DNA of 47,994 bases from Nemertoderma westbladi (Eukaryota; Animalia; Xenacoelomorpha): assembly GCA_032718475.1 (NCBI GenBank), contig JAUCBJ010004103.1, positions 1 through 47,994 of the forward strand, given 5' to 3'. The position numbers and the translations under genes were made by a program. Below are positions 1-12,853 of this stretch, piece by piece; the stretch's first letter is position 1, and every line of letters begins with the position of its first letter. The notes under the pieces were generated by a model, which was not told the origin of the DNA, ran no database searches, and saw nothing but the letters and a program-made list of their open reading frames with translations.

Positions 1-1723
1 AAGCTTTGCAGCTTATTTCCAAGGGGGTCCTTCAAGTTACTTGGTTACCAATACAAACTAAACTAACTACTGTATATAGAATAATTATATAATTTAAACT
101 AAATAAGATACAAGAAATATAAAATTGATCATTATTACTAATTATTGCACATGCACCTATTTAATATTGAACTAAATTAAATACTGCTATATAAGAATTA
201 GCACTGGTCTTGGAGATGGGATTTTACAGCAGACTTAAAGGCATGTTCATTTTTAATATTTTTAATGTTATTCGGTAGGGATTTCCAATTCTTTATTCCA
301 TTAAAGAAAAACGTTTCGCTTTCAAAGCAATTGGGAACATAAAAATTTGATGTGCTGGCTCTGGTGCCGTATGAATGTGTATCACTCAGTTTGGTAAATT
401 TTTGATTTAAGTATTTAGGGCAGTTATCATTGAAAACTTTATGTACATGGTTGAGCCGAAGCTGCTTTACTCTACTGTCTATTTGAATTAAACCAGACTG
501 ATTAAAATCTCCAGGGGTTAAATGGTGACGTGGTTTATAATCATTAATAAAACGTACTACCTTGTTTTGAGCTGTTTGCAACCTATTTTTGAGATTTTTA
601 GTTAAGCCTTCATACCAAGATGAACTTGCATAGTCAATATGACATTGAATTAAAGATGAAGAAAGCAACCTACAAGAATTAAAATTTAGGCTATTTTTAC
701 GTCGATAAAGAAACTTTAGTCTGCCATTAACTTTTGCAATAATATTTTTAACAATGCTTTCTCCGGATAAACTACAATACAATTTGGAGCCTAAGTATTT
801 AACTTCTTTTTTATTTTCAATTTTGTGGCCGTTGCTAATTAGTTCAAAGTTTCGGAACTTGTTTAATTTTCATTTCGAGCCGAATAAAATATTCTCAGTT
901 TTGCCGTAGTGAATTGAAAGCTTATTATCGATGAGCCATTCGTTGCAGGATTCTAGAACTTTGCCTAGTTTTTCACAAATTATGTCCGGGTCCCTGTGAG
1001 AAAAGATTAATGCACTATCATCAGCGTATAATATTAGTTTAAAGTCCTGATCTATGCTACTAATCATATCATTTACGTGACATACAAACAGCAACGGCCC
1101 TAAGATGCTACCCTGCGGTACTCCACACTTAATTTTCTGAACTGAGGACTGAGTTTTATTTATATCTACAACTTGACCCCTATCTGATAAGTATGACCTG
1201 AACCAATTAATTGAGCCCACACCCATAAGATCTAGTTTTCCTAGTAATATTTCGTGATCAACCGTGTCAAAGGCCTTCTGTAAATCTAACATAACCATAC
1301 CGGTATACAATCCCTTCGCGTTGTTACACCTAATATTATCCGTCAAATTGATTAGACAACTATCTGTAGAGTAAGATTTACGGAAGCCAGATTGAAATTC
1401 GTATATTAAATTGAGTTTGTTAAGATGGAACTCTAGCGGAGTGTACACTGAACGTTCAAGAATTTTGGATACAATACTTAACACACTAATGGGCCTGTAA
1501 TTACTGGTTTCTAATTTACTGTTCTTTTTAAATATTGGAACAACCTTCGCCAATTTAAGATCGTCCGGGACTACATTTTCTAAAATTGAGTAGTTAATTA
1601 TGTAAGTAATAGGAATCTTTAGCACTTCCGCACCATCCTTGCCTTAAGAAACCTTGCTGGAATCTGGTCCAGTCCAGTACTTTTAGATGACGAAATACTG
1701 ACAAGATTTTTCAATACATAAGC
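1..1723 (-). mobile_element. 3' portion of a non-LTR retrotransposon (CR1/L2 group, Crack/Daphne-like), disrupted ORF2 (RT + C-terminus) and 3' UTR
   Basis: ORFs 870-1625 and 198-782 give the RT motifs NYRPISVL, QSGFR, LDLQKAFDTVDH, GVPQGSILGPLLF and LYADD, followed by the CR1/L2-type C-terminus (HIDYASSSW, HSYGTR, WKSLP). The upstream KSTGLDQIPARFL segment continues in a shifted frame up to ~1723, where the LTR starts. Confidence 0.9.
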
Positions 1724-1854
1724 TGATGAATTATTTCACTATAGAATAACATTTGTAGTACAACGTAAAAACTTTCGAAAATCCGACGCACTTTGATTAA
1801 GTTACAGTAATGTAATATGCCTACTCATATCAGTATACATAAAACCCCTAGTTA

Positions 1855-1921
1855 ATCTCGTGGCTTAGTGGTCAGATGGTTAAGCATTACATAGGTTACG
1901 AGTTCGAATCCCGGTCGGGAA
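1855..1921 (+). promoter_or_regulatory. tRNA-like segment with Pol III A box/B box in the 5' LTR
   Basis: TGGCTTAGTGG (1861, A-box-like) and GTTCGAATCC (1902, B box). The segment has an internal deletion relative to the 3' LTR copy. Confidence 0.6.
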
Positions 1922-1968
1922 ATTTGCATTTTGGGGCAATTTATTTTCATCTCATACAATTTAACAAA

Positions 1969-2118
1969 CCAATGAGGTACAACCAAATGCGTACAACACA
2001 TGGAACGCGTTGGGCCAATCATAGGGCATGGAATATCTTATTGCTCCAATGTGAGGCCATGGAATACTCTACAGTAGAGGGTTCTAGTAGATTCTATGTC
2101 CCAGATTTAGTATATAAA
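1969..2118 (+). promoter_or_regulatory. Putative LTR Pol II promoter (three CCAAT boxes + TATA box)
   Basis: CCAAT at ~1969, ~2015 and ~2046, then TATATAAA at 2111. All four motifs are conserved in the 3' LTR (TATA at 17915). Confidence 0.55.
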
Positions 2119-3345
2119 GGGCTGGTTTGCCTTCGGTTATCACTTACACTCTAGTTATCCACACTACCCCCATTCTTACTCTATCATTTGTTAACTTCAG
2201 TTTCTTGTTGAAACTTTGCAATTATGTTTTGATAAAGTCGTAAACTGTAAATATACTACAAACTTCTGAACATGTTTTTCTGTATTTGTCCAACTTTGGG
2301 ACAGCAAAGCATCAGGAAGATGGCCGCCTAGACCGTTAGGCCGTCAGCAACGCAGGGAAAGGATGTCCACAACACGCTAGCGCCCACATTAACTTAGACC
2401 GCGCACCCCCTTCGCCCTTCGAAATACTCCACATGCCATGCAGCGCCCGCTTTATGAGGAAGGTAAGACTTTGTTTGACGCCCTTGCCCGACGTAAGACC
2501 TATAGATCAGGGTAAGCGTGACGCCATCCTGGGACGCCGCAAATTTAGGATCAAATAACTATATTCTAGGCAGAACCCCCCCCCCCCCCCCCCCCATCAG
2601 TAGTACGAATCCCTGGGTTACCTGTCTGTCTGCCTGTATACCTCACAGGTGCGAATTATTGCCGTCCGTCAGTACGCGAGTACACATTAGGTACAGACAG
2701 CATATGTTCCATAATTTAGTGATTCGCAGTACTGACCGTTTGGTACCGGTTCGCTTTGTAGAATATACATTATAGTACCCCCCCCCCCCCCCCCCCTGCC
2801 TGAAGTTGGTTATTTGATCAGGCAAGGAGTATTTCTGCTACCGGCGCACACCGCTTGGCCTAGGGAGGTTTTATTAATATCCTACCGCGCCTTGCCACGT
2901 ACTGATAGGTATTGCTGCTAACTACCGCGGCAACAAAGTTCTAGAATCAAATTTGTATACCAGATCAGCTAATGTACGGTAGCAATTAATCCCTATTTCT
3001 TATCTTACAACCAGAATCTGGTATTTGTGCCGATCACGGGTGTAGTTACTAACACCGTGGTTGCCCAGTTGAGTTGTGGATAGGAAGGAGAGAGCTTTGA
3101 CGTCATTTGTAAGTATAAAGTTCTACAAACGCGACTAGCTTATTTTAGTAGCTAGCGCACGGTATTATTTCGGTCAGAGAATTACTAAAACCTAGTGAAA
3201 AGATAACACCAAAATTGTTTTATTGTAACACACCCACACACACACGCCCTAAAACATATTTACCCTTAGAGTTTCTACTAGTTATAGCGCACTTTAGATT
3301 ACTTTTAGGCAGAAATTATCTGTATTTGTAAATTAGGATCAGATA

Positions 3346-4032
3346 CAGTACAGGCCACCAGAAAACGCAGATTTGTACAATTGTGAACACATTTTATCAA
3401 ATGTGTACCAGTGTATGTAATGTTGTTGAACGGGACAATTGAACATAATTGAAATGGCAACAACCAAAATTTTTTCGCCAAAGGATACAATTGAATACTT
3501 TTGAAACGCTTAGTAATCTGGAAACTCTCTGTAGTTTGCCGCTAACTGTCACTCACTGCAGCTGGAAATGTGATAAGGATATTGTTTACCTTTATAGAGT
3601 GCGGTTAATAGTGTCTAGTAGGCAGGCCTATAGTTAGTGATGTTAAGGCATCTTCTGGTGTTTCTCTGTGCCCTCTCGGTGTCAGACTAATGGCGCGACA
3701 TCTCCCTGCATTAAATTAATTATTCAATGGTCTATGCTCCTCCATCCACTCCCATACACTCAATGAACCTCCATGTGGTCTTGTATGTAGTTCTCTCTCT
3801 ACCAATACAGCCCATGTCCGCAATGTTACTCCCTGGGGGCTCTCTCATCTACCTGATATCAGACATACATACAGGCGCACCGCACACAAAGCCTTTGTCG
3901 GTCCCAGCAAGTTAGTCTCCTGCTGTGTGATCTAGAAGATAACTCGCCATAACCTGCCAATCAGATGACTTGAACAAATGTGTTCACATGTGATCATTGG
4001 ATGAAATCTGCTTTTTCTTGTGGCCTGTACTG
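3346..4032. mobile_element. Tc1/mariner-type MITE inserted in the 5' LTR
   Basis: TIRs CAGTACAGGCCACCAGAAAACGCAGATTT / AAATCTGCTTTTTCTTGTGGCCTGTACTG (29 bp, 2 mismatches) with TA on both sides. The 3' LTR shows the empty site (GATCTGATATTTAGTT). Confidence 0.9.
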
Positions 4033-5154
4033 TATTTAGTTACGGCAAGAAGGAGTATTTCATTTTCGTTATTAAACTGTTGTTTGCCTAGAGCATCAGT
4101 ATTGTTACATTTAGGCACGACCTTTTAGACTGGTTTATGATGGGGATCAGTTATTGTTACATTTAGGCATGACCTCTTTTAGGCTGATTCAGACAGGGAG
4201 ATCAGTATTGTTACGCTAGGGCTGTAACCCACCTAGCTCGTATATAAACCATATAAATCACACCGCGGCAAGTTACTGTATTTAGGACTGTCAGCGATAG
4301 TTAGGATTCGCTGCGCGGGGATTGTTTTCCCGTGAGTTTGGTCTGTTACTGTAACTGTACATCTGCCATACCGGTTAGAGGACAGGTATCCTTTTGTCTA
4401 GTTCGTAGGCATTAGACCCGCCCACGTACATAGAATAGACACCAGGCTCTGCTTCTCGCCAGTAGTAGTTTGAGTATTGTATCTGTTTGTTTAGATATCC
4501 TGGACTGGGATTTGTTGTCAGATACTGTACGAGCCCGTTTCATTACTAGAGTCTTACAGTAAGATACATCGTTACTAGGATCTGGTAAGCGGTATACTAC
4601 TGGACTTTACGGATAGAGATATTCTATAGCTTCGTATTAGTAGATTTGTAGGCTGTAGGGTAGTCCCTACCGTAGAGGACACAACAGTGAGGTATATTTA
4701 TTACTAAATTTGCAAGTTGCGATATGCAAACGGTAAATATATCCCATAAGTTTACCTAGTAAGATATAGGGGCCTAGTAAAATATACCTTACAACAGTGA
4801 GGTATATTATACAAATTCTGAAATTAGTGTATAGTATTGTTTAGATCTGTTAGCTATTGTAAGTAGGAGATATTTAAAAAATTAAGGTTAGTAAAATTTA
4901 GTAATTTGTAGAACGTCCCCTGCTTCAGTAGGCTTTTAGGGTAGCTAGTACTTTTGTATTTAATATTTGACTAGCTAATAGGTTAATTAGTTTGTAGCAT
5001 TTGTTTTACGCCGTGTGTGTGCGGTGTTACTTTTCGGTACTTGAAAAGGTATATAGGGTTTAAAGACCAAGTTGTATCGGTACCTAGGAAGATTTTTCGT
5101 AAAGTAGAAGTAAAACTCTCACCTTCGACTTTTCAGGACTCAAGGACTCATTTC

Positions 5155-5171
5155 TGGACCGCTTCGAGGAT
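5155..5171 (+). other. Candidate primer-binding site (PBS)
   Basis: ..ACTCA TTTC TGGACCGCTTCGAGGAT fits the TGG-N(9-10)-AGGAT pattern complementary to a tRNA 3' end, 4 nt after a CA. The cognate tRNA was not identified. Confidence 0.35.
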
Positions 5172-5428
5172 CAGACCGCTTTTCGCAATGTTTGGGAGAC
5201 AAAAAATTCGTCCGCGCCGCCAAAAAACGGAACGACCCACGTCCGGTTTGTATTTGGGAATTTGCACGACTGGAAGATCAAAGGAACGTAAGTTTTACGA
5301 CTCGTGTCGTTCAAACTTAAGAAAGCACAGTAGTACTCAAAATTTGTGGGTTTCACTGTCTATTAGTAGTGTTGTTGGTATTTGTTTTCCCGTTAGACGT
5401 TGCTGTTTTGCAGGGTGCCCTGGATCGC

Positions 5429-7525
5429 ATGGAAGCTCGATATCGCGGAATTCAGAAGCGAATCGAGGAAGGAAGTGTGGGAGCGATAGATCGAGGAGAG
5501 GAGTTCGTCGAGGATTACTGTAAACGTTTTCCAAAAGTTATTCCTATGCTCAAACCCACGACTCCGATAAAACCGGTCTTTGTTACGAAACCTAAGGAAA
5601 TAACGCCTGTGCGCTCGACGCAAGGTAGCAGGTTTGTTGTGACGGAAATACCGCAACCTAGGGCGACTTCATCGCCAATTTTAGCAGGTAACATAACTAG
5701 TCCACCTACAGTAAGTCGTAGTCTACTTGTAGGAAGAGAGGAACCTGCGTTTATGACAATTAAACAGGTAAGTAAGCCGTTACTAGTTAAACCTGTGACG
5801 TGCTGTGCGAACCCAGTTATTTATAGACCGACTACGAAACCCGACAATTTTACACAACCTTTGACACAATGTTCGACGCAACCTACGACTTCGTGGAAGG
5901 CTTGCGAGCCTACCGAACGACGGAGGAGGATGGATGTGGGTAGTACCCACGGGATCGAACAACATATAACGAGACCTACGACTTCGTGGAAGGCTTGCGA
6001 GCCTACCGAACGACGGAGAACCGTAGATTCTGGACCTCAATGAATGAGACAAAGAGTAATACGCTGGACGCGAACCCGCCAGCCACCTTATCCGGACGAC
6101 AGCGACTCATCCAGTGACTCGGAGTCGACGGAATGGGAAATATTCCGTACTGGAGTGGCAGCGGCAGCGGATTACAAACGAGAGGAACGATCGACGAACC
6201 CCTATATCAATAATCCTCCACGAGAAACACCCCAACAGAAACCCACGTTGAAACCAGCGGAAACGATCATCGCCAAACAGTTCACCGAGATGATGGACCG
6301 ACTAGCTCAACTCGAAGAACGACTTGAAGCGCAACCGTCGGATCGATCACGAACCAGCGTGGAGTTAGAACAACCTAGACAACATCGACTACCAAGGTGA
6401 GAACAGGAGACTAGACAGACTCCGACACATCAAGAAGAAGATACCGTTAATAATTCCTACCGACGAACAACACGCGGAAGGGAACGACTGGACGACGCCA
6501 CCGAACAGGGACGCGGACAGTTGGATTTGGTTAGCGAGATTGCGAAATTCGCGGCTAGACACGGATTACCGGCACAGCAACCGCCGAAGTTCTCTGGCAA
6601 CGCGAAACACTGGCGCACACTGGTAGACTACGTAGAGTCCCAGATCGCTAAGTGTGCTTTCACCTCGACGGATAAGTTTAATTACTTGCTCCTAGTCCTG
6701 TCTGGTGAGCCAAAACGATTAGCGGAAACCTTTATTGGTGTTCCCGATGCCTTTGAGTTGGCATACGACCGTTTATATTCGATTTACGGAGGTAACGTCG
6801 CCATGGCTAAATCCATTATCGAAGACCTCTGTAGAGGAGGCAGCATTTCGAAACCGATCGATCTTCTACGACTCGCGGACGAAATAAAAAACGCTATAGG
6901 GACTATACGGTCCATTGGACAACTCGAGTACGCTAACGCACCGACGGTTCTCATCAGGATAATCGGTCGACTTCATCATCGACTCCGACGAGAATGGCGA
7001 CGCATCGAGTACCAGCGTGAAGAGGCCGGCGGGCTATTAAAACTCACCGACGTCTATCAACTGATTTCACGGGAGGCCGTGATCGAGACTCGATCGAATT
7101 ACACCGATCACCATATCGCGGCAGAAGGGATAGCTATTTCTGCGCCGAATCGGACTAAACCGTTTCCAACGAACGCGAAAGCCGTTACCTACGCCACCCC
7201 TACTGAGACTTCTAAAGTTCTGACGCCTATCGGCACCACGCAGCCACAACAACAGTTGCCGGCGGACTTTGTGGGATGCTCATACTGCGAGCGGAACGGC
7301 AGAAACCATAACGGACATAAACTACGTGGATGTCGCGCTTTTAAAGAGTTGGGAATCGACGAGAAGAGACTCCAAATCCGATCTTTAGATTCTTGCTGGA
7401 GATGTACGAAGTCAGGACACGTCCGGAAGGATTGCCCGAGCGACGATACATGTCCTCTGTGTGGACGTAACCATGACGCGTTACTTCACACTACTAGTCA
7501 TACTCCGACCAGACGCTTTCGATGA
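5429..7525 (+). pseudogene. gag: BEL/Pao gag (DUF1759-type capsid region + three zinc knuckles), with in-frame TGA stops
   Basis: One frame is interrupted only by TGA at 6041, 6398 and 7523. Motifs: PKFSGNAKHW, CSYC..GHKLRGC, CWRCTKSGHVRKDC, CPLCGRNHDALLH. Confidence 0.85.
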
Positions 7526-8230
7526 GAGCATCCAGATAAAGCGGCTAGATGCGACGCATTATATAAGGAGCGTGCGCCGCGCGAGATCCGTACGTTTTAC
7601 GCGGACTGTATGGATCAGTCAGGATCATCGGACGAGGACGAGGAGGAAGACGACACTTTCTACGTGCATGCGGGTGAGGAACAACCATCGGTAACGCTCC
7701 TCACACAGAACCAATTGAAAGGGTTTAGCGTGATTCCTATAAAGATTACCGGAACCCGAGGGAGCAAGCGTATATACGCTATCTTAGACTCTGCGTCATC
7801 GCATAGTTATGTCGACGAACAAGTAGCCGACGTGGTTACGGACATGAGTCAAGGTAAGACTGCTCAGTATACTGTAAGCAGCATGCATGGTACGAGAGCG
7901 ATCCCTGTGACAAGAGTAAAACTAACCTTAGATACTCTCCTTTCCAAAGCGGAACACAGCAAGGAGGAGCGCTCATTACTTCCGGTAAGAAATTTGACCT
8001 TTGCAGCTACAAAGGACTTTAGTAACTTGCTCGGCCCTGTGCCAGAGCAATCACCGGAAGATCGTAAGTATTTCCGACACCTTGGAATACCGGAATGTCC
8101 TGTTAATTATCGTTCCATTGCGATGTTAATTGGGACAGACAGTTTAACTTACATCAGGTATGGGAGACACGCCCATCTGTTATTACAGCGGGCAACCCCT
8201 ACGCATGTAGAACTCCCATAGGTTGGTATA
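7526..8230 (+). pseudogene. Aspartic protease domain of the BEL polyprotein
   Basis: YAILDSASSHSYV (DSG-like active site) and MLIGTD. After a frameshift near 8170 it continues as PYACRTPIGWY. Confidence 0.8.
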
Positions 8231-8280
8231 CTAGAGCACCAATACGTTCACTAGAAGTAAGTGACCAGGAGGACGATGTT

Positions 8281-10600
8281 TTGAGTACATGTAGTTTATT
8301 GACTACTACGATAGATAACTCTCCTTCACACTCCCGTGGTCCAATTGTAATGACGGCATTACGACAGACTTGCGTCGCTAACGCAGACGCCACCGATACT
8401 GACGTAACTGATCTGGACACGACCACACGGACCTCTGACTTACAACTACTTGCAGTAAACCAGGTTGTATTGACTACCGAAGACCAAAGGGTTGTTGCTG
8501 TGGATGACTCGATGAACGATGATTTTGGAAGGCTTGCGAGCCTACCGAAAAATCCAAAGGTCATTGACCCCACCCACCAGGCTTCGACACCGGTCGTTGA
8601 TCTTGGAAGGCTTGCGAGCCTACCGATAGATCAAGAAGTTGACAAACCGCCGCACGACGATTCGACGCCGACTATTGACACCGGAAGGCTTGCGAGCCTA
8701 CCAGACGCATTGACACTAGCCACCGCAGCGGATGAAGACGTGGACGAGGACCATGGCGCAGTGCAAGCAGCGCTTGACCGACTGCTGACTGAACGGACCA
8801 TTCAATGGTTGGAACAGGACTCAGCAGAACCCGGTAGTTACGAGACCGCTATGTCAGAACAGGAAAAACGGTCATTAAATATTATGAGAGATACCATTCG
8901 CCAGACCGCGAATGGCCACTATGAGGTTGGTATGTTGTGGCGCAATGGACAACCTAAACTCGTTAACAATTACCCGCTTGCTTTGAGGCGACTCAAATCA
9001 ATAAGACAGCGATTGTTGCGAGATGAGACGGCCCATATGCAATACAATGCGCAACTTCAGACGTATCTCCAAAAGGGATACGCCATTAGGATGTTAAATC
9101 CCGAGGTAACCACAGACCAGACATATTACTTGCCACATCATTTTGTTCGACACCCGGACAAACCTGGCAAGGTGCGTGTAGTCAACGACTGCGCTGCGCT
9201 TTACCAAGGGATGTCTATGAACAGCGAACTGATGGACGGGCCGAATATGAACAATTACCTCATGGGAGTCCTAATGCGTTTTAGACAACGCAAAGTGGCT
9301 TTCACCTGTGACGTAGAGGCCATGTTTCACCAGGTTAAGGCTTTGGAGCGGGGCAGGGACAGCTTGAGGTTTCTTTGGTATCCGGACGGAAACGTACAAC
9401 TTCCGCCAGAAACTTACCAAATGCAGGTAAGAGTATTTGGAGCCAGGGACAGCCCCAACTGCACCATGTACGCCTTAAAGCAGACCGCATTGGACAGACG
9501 AGACCAATTTGACCCAGAAGTAGTTCGGACAGTGGAACGAGATTTCTACGTGGATGACGGCCTCAATAGTTGTGACACCTTGGAGCGCGCTACAACCGTG
9601 GCACACCAACTCCAGGATTGTCTCGCTGAGGGCGGATTTCACCTGACGAAGTTCGCTTCCAACGAACCCGAACTGGTGAACTCATTTGACCCGATGGATC
9701 GCAGCGGAGGTGACTTAGACTTAGACCTAGAACCTCTGCCGACGACCAAAGTATTAGGACTTAGTTGGGACCCTAACACCGACAATTTTAGGGAACGTGT
9801 AAGGTCTAACGACCAGACTAGACCTCTCACTAAGAGGACTTGCTTATTGACCATGAGTCGATTGTATGACCCATTGTGTTTCATTAGTCCAGTGATCCTA
9901 CATGCTAGGATCATACTCCGCAGCATTTGGCAAGCCTGACTGGAATGGGACGACCCCGTCCCAGAAAAGTTAGCTGAGCGATGGAGGGACTGGGAAGCCC
10001 AACTGATGTTCCTACAAGACTATACCATACCGAGGGTATACTTTCCTTTACAGACCACCTTTCCTGCCGATTTAGAGCTTCACAGCTTTAGTGACGCTAG
10101 CAAGGATGGATTGGGGGTTACTTTATACCTTAGACGACAAGTGACATCGGACAGCTACAATGTATCTCTCGTTACTTCTAGAGCTAGAACAATGCCATTG
10201 AAGTATATGACTGTACCTCGTGTGGAGCTGCAAGCCGGGACAATATCCACCGATATTGTCAGTCTAGTTCAATGCGAGCTGGAGGCTAACTTGAAGGTCA
10301 CATATTGGACGGATGCGACGTTGGTACTTTGGTACATAAACAACGAAGCATTTGAGTTCAAGACTTTCGTAGCCAACAGATGGGCTGAAATATTAGACCG
10401 GTCGCTCAAACAAGATTGGCGTCACTGTCCAGGGAAGCTGAACCCAGCTGACATCGCGTCACGGGGGATGCAACCGCTTGACTTTTGTAAACCGGACAAT
10501 AAATCCTTTTGGTTTAGAGGACCCGATTTCCTACAGCGACCATCAGACGAATGGCAACCGTTATTCGACGCGACAACCAACACCATACCAGAAGGTGCCG
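8281..10600 (+). pseudogene. pol: Reverse transcriptase + Pao-type RNase H
   Basis: RT: YYLPHH, KVRVVNDCAA, DVEAMFHQV, FGARDSP, FYVDD, KVLGLSWD. RNase H: LHSFSDAS, TVPRVELQA, WTDAT, NPADIASRG. One in-frame TGA at 9937. Confidence 0.93.
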
Positions 10601-10689
10601 AGATAAAAATCGACAAGGTTGTCAAGTCCAAAGCGAAAGCCAACGCCAAGGTCAAGAGGAAACAAGGACGGACGAAATCTGATGACCTG

Positions 10690-11120
10690 GACGCCAGACC
10701 TGACATTACGCCAGACGTCTCACCAAACACTCGACCAGACGCTTGTACGAATCCTTTGCCGGATGTTCCGCGGGAGATTTCAACAGACGTTTCGCCGGAT
10801 TGTTCACCAGATTACTCGCCAGATTATTCACCAGAAGTGACACCAGATTGTTCTCCGGATTGTTCGCCAGATTGTTTGATGGAACTCTCGACAGAATGTC
10901 TACCGGATGTCTCACCAGACTTTCCACCAGACATCTCGACAGACTGTCCACCAGACTTTAGACCAGATTTTAGACCAGACTTTAGACCAGACTTTCTGAC
11001 AGAAACTATGCTTGACTCTCTTTGGGACTGACGACAGGACATTTCGCCGGATGTTCCGCGCTATGTCTCACCAGACATCTCACCAGACTGTTCACCGGAC
11101 GCTTCACCAGACTGTCTACT
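10690..11120 (+). repeat. Coding 12-bp tandem repeat (x-S/R-P-D) between RNase H and integrase
   Basis: CCAGAC/CCGGAT recurs every 12 nt, giving SPDCSPDYSPDY..RPDFRPDFRPDF. Confidence 0.8.
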
Positions 11121-11344
11121 AGACACTCCAGTAGAAGACCCATTGGAGCGGACAATTAACAACTTACCGAATTTGACTTCTTTGGACGACAAAGGTGTGG
11201 CCACAGCGATCACACTCCGCTCAAAGAAAATACTTGACTTACCACCTACAGGTAAACGTGTAACTAAGGTTAGGAAGCTTACAGGCTCACAGGAACACAC
11301 TAACACTGTAGAGTTGAAACCGTTACTGCCAGTCGACTCACTAG

Positions 11345-12853
11345 GTGCGGACGGTAAATGTAAGACCGTGGAGATTGACATACTTGGGGACTCAGACAAA
11401 CCTACCCCAAACCTTGAGACAATATGCCAGAGGCAAACGCGACTTTCCTAGAAGACTTACCTTAAAGGAAGTTGGTCATTGTGAAGTTGATATCATTCGA
11501 CATTCTCAATTGCGATATTTCGCACGAGAATTCACAGCGATCAACCAAGGTAAACAGATCAAGTCTTCACCGATTTTGAGTTGGAGTCCGATTATTTATA
11601 GGGGTTACTTTGTCACAAGTCCAGACTCCAAAACATCGACTTTGCACTTGACTTTAGGTATCCTATCATCATACCGCAACACCATGAGTTACAGCGCGCT
11701 ATGATACTGGACGCACATGTACAACTCCATGTACGTGGGTAGACATCACTGCCTATCACACTTACGATCGAGGTTTGTACTGATTAGGCCTAGCAAGGCA
11801 CTGAGTTCGGTAACACGGAACTGTATGATTTGTAAGAAGGTGCACGCGAGGATAGGACACCAAGAAATGAGTGAACTACCATTATTAGCAAGATTACAGG
11901 CATTTAGACCCCCTTTCACTGAGACAGGGATAGACTGTTTTGGACCTATAATCGCGAAACGCGGAAGGGTACAGGTAAAACGTTGGGGATTAATCTTCAC
12001 TTGCATGGCCAGCAGAGCTGTCCATATTGAGCGTGTGACAGACTTGACCACCAATGCCTTTATCCTAGCCTTACGGCGATTTATCGCTAGACGTGGATTG
12101 GTCAAATCCATTTATTGTGACCAAGGGACAAACTTTGTGGGTGCACGGAACGAAATAACCGGAGCTTTAAGGAAGTTGGACCAAAACCAGATTTCTGAGG
12201 AACTACGTCCTCACCGTATTGTTTGGAACTTTAACACTCCAGACAGTCCGTGGAGAGGCGGCGTTTGGGAAAGGCTGATTGGCTCAATTAAAACAGCTAT
12301 GGCTAAAGTAATACCGACGCAAAACATCTTGACAGACGACCAACTGACGACGTTACTAATAGGAATCGAAGCGATTTTGAACACTAGGCCGATCGCTTTG
12401 ATCCCAGACAATAACGACGCACAGTTTGCCTTGACATCAGCGCACCTGCTTATGCAGGCGCCGACGACATTGTTGCCAATTTCGGTACCCATTAATAGCG
12501 ACGGATACGGCAACAAAGCTTGGAAAATCACTCAGCTACTTGCAAACAAATTCTGGGAAATATGGCAGAAATATTATTTGCCCTCTATTTCAACCAGAAC
12601 CTCTTGGTATCTTAATACCCGATGTTTGAGACGAGGAGACCACGTTTTATTGGCTGAAGCCAATCTGAAAAGACAGTTTTGGCTGACTGGAGTCATTTTG
12701 ACCACGCACCCTACATCTGGTGTAGTAAGGACAGTTACTGTAAGGACTATCGACGGACGTACCATAGATAGGCCTGTACAACGTCTCGTGCTCCTTGAGG
12801 AGACTAGAAACGAGACAGGAGACTATAAATCTCCACCCAATATTAGTAAATAG
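11345..12853 (+). pseudogene. BEL/Pao integrase (HHCC, DDE core, C-terminal DUF5641-like region), frameshifted N-terminus
   Basis: CMICKK, GIDCFGP, RAVHIE, CDQGTNF, GGVWERL, FWEIWQKYYL, RPVQRLVLLE. Confidence 0.93.

Larger units (their letters stand above)
1724..4686 (+). repeat. 5' LTR (alignable part; may extend to ~5150), interrupted by a MITE
   Basis: TGATGAATTATTTCACTATA.. matches TGATGGATTATTTCACTATA.. at 17528. The two copies are collinear until ..AGAGGAC at 4680/19781. Confidence 0.88.

Noticed and set aside
1855-1921. Functional tRNA gene
   Set aside because: No convincing acceptor or anticodon stems, and the two LTR copies differ by an indel; kept only as tRNA-like.
2518-2825. LTR-encoded peptides (also 18205-18697)
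   Set aside because: Frames are broken differently by poly-C length and indels in the two LTRs; no recognisable domain.
4681-4808. 18-bp direct repeat ACAACAGTGAGGTATATT as the TSD of an insertion
   Set aside because: The 92 bp in between has no element hallmarks; more likely a local duplication in the LTR/leader.
8527-8704. CRISPR array (palindromic repeat with regular spacers)
   Set aside because: Eukaryotic retrotransposon coding context, only three units, spacers related to each other, no cas genes.
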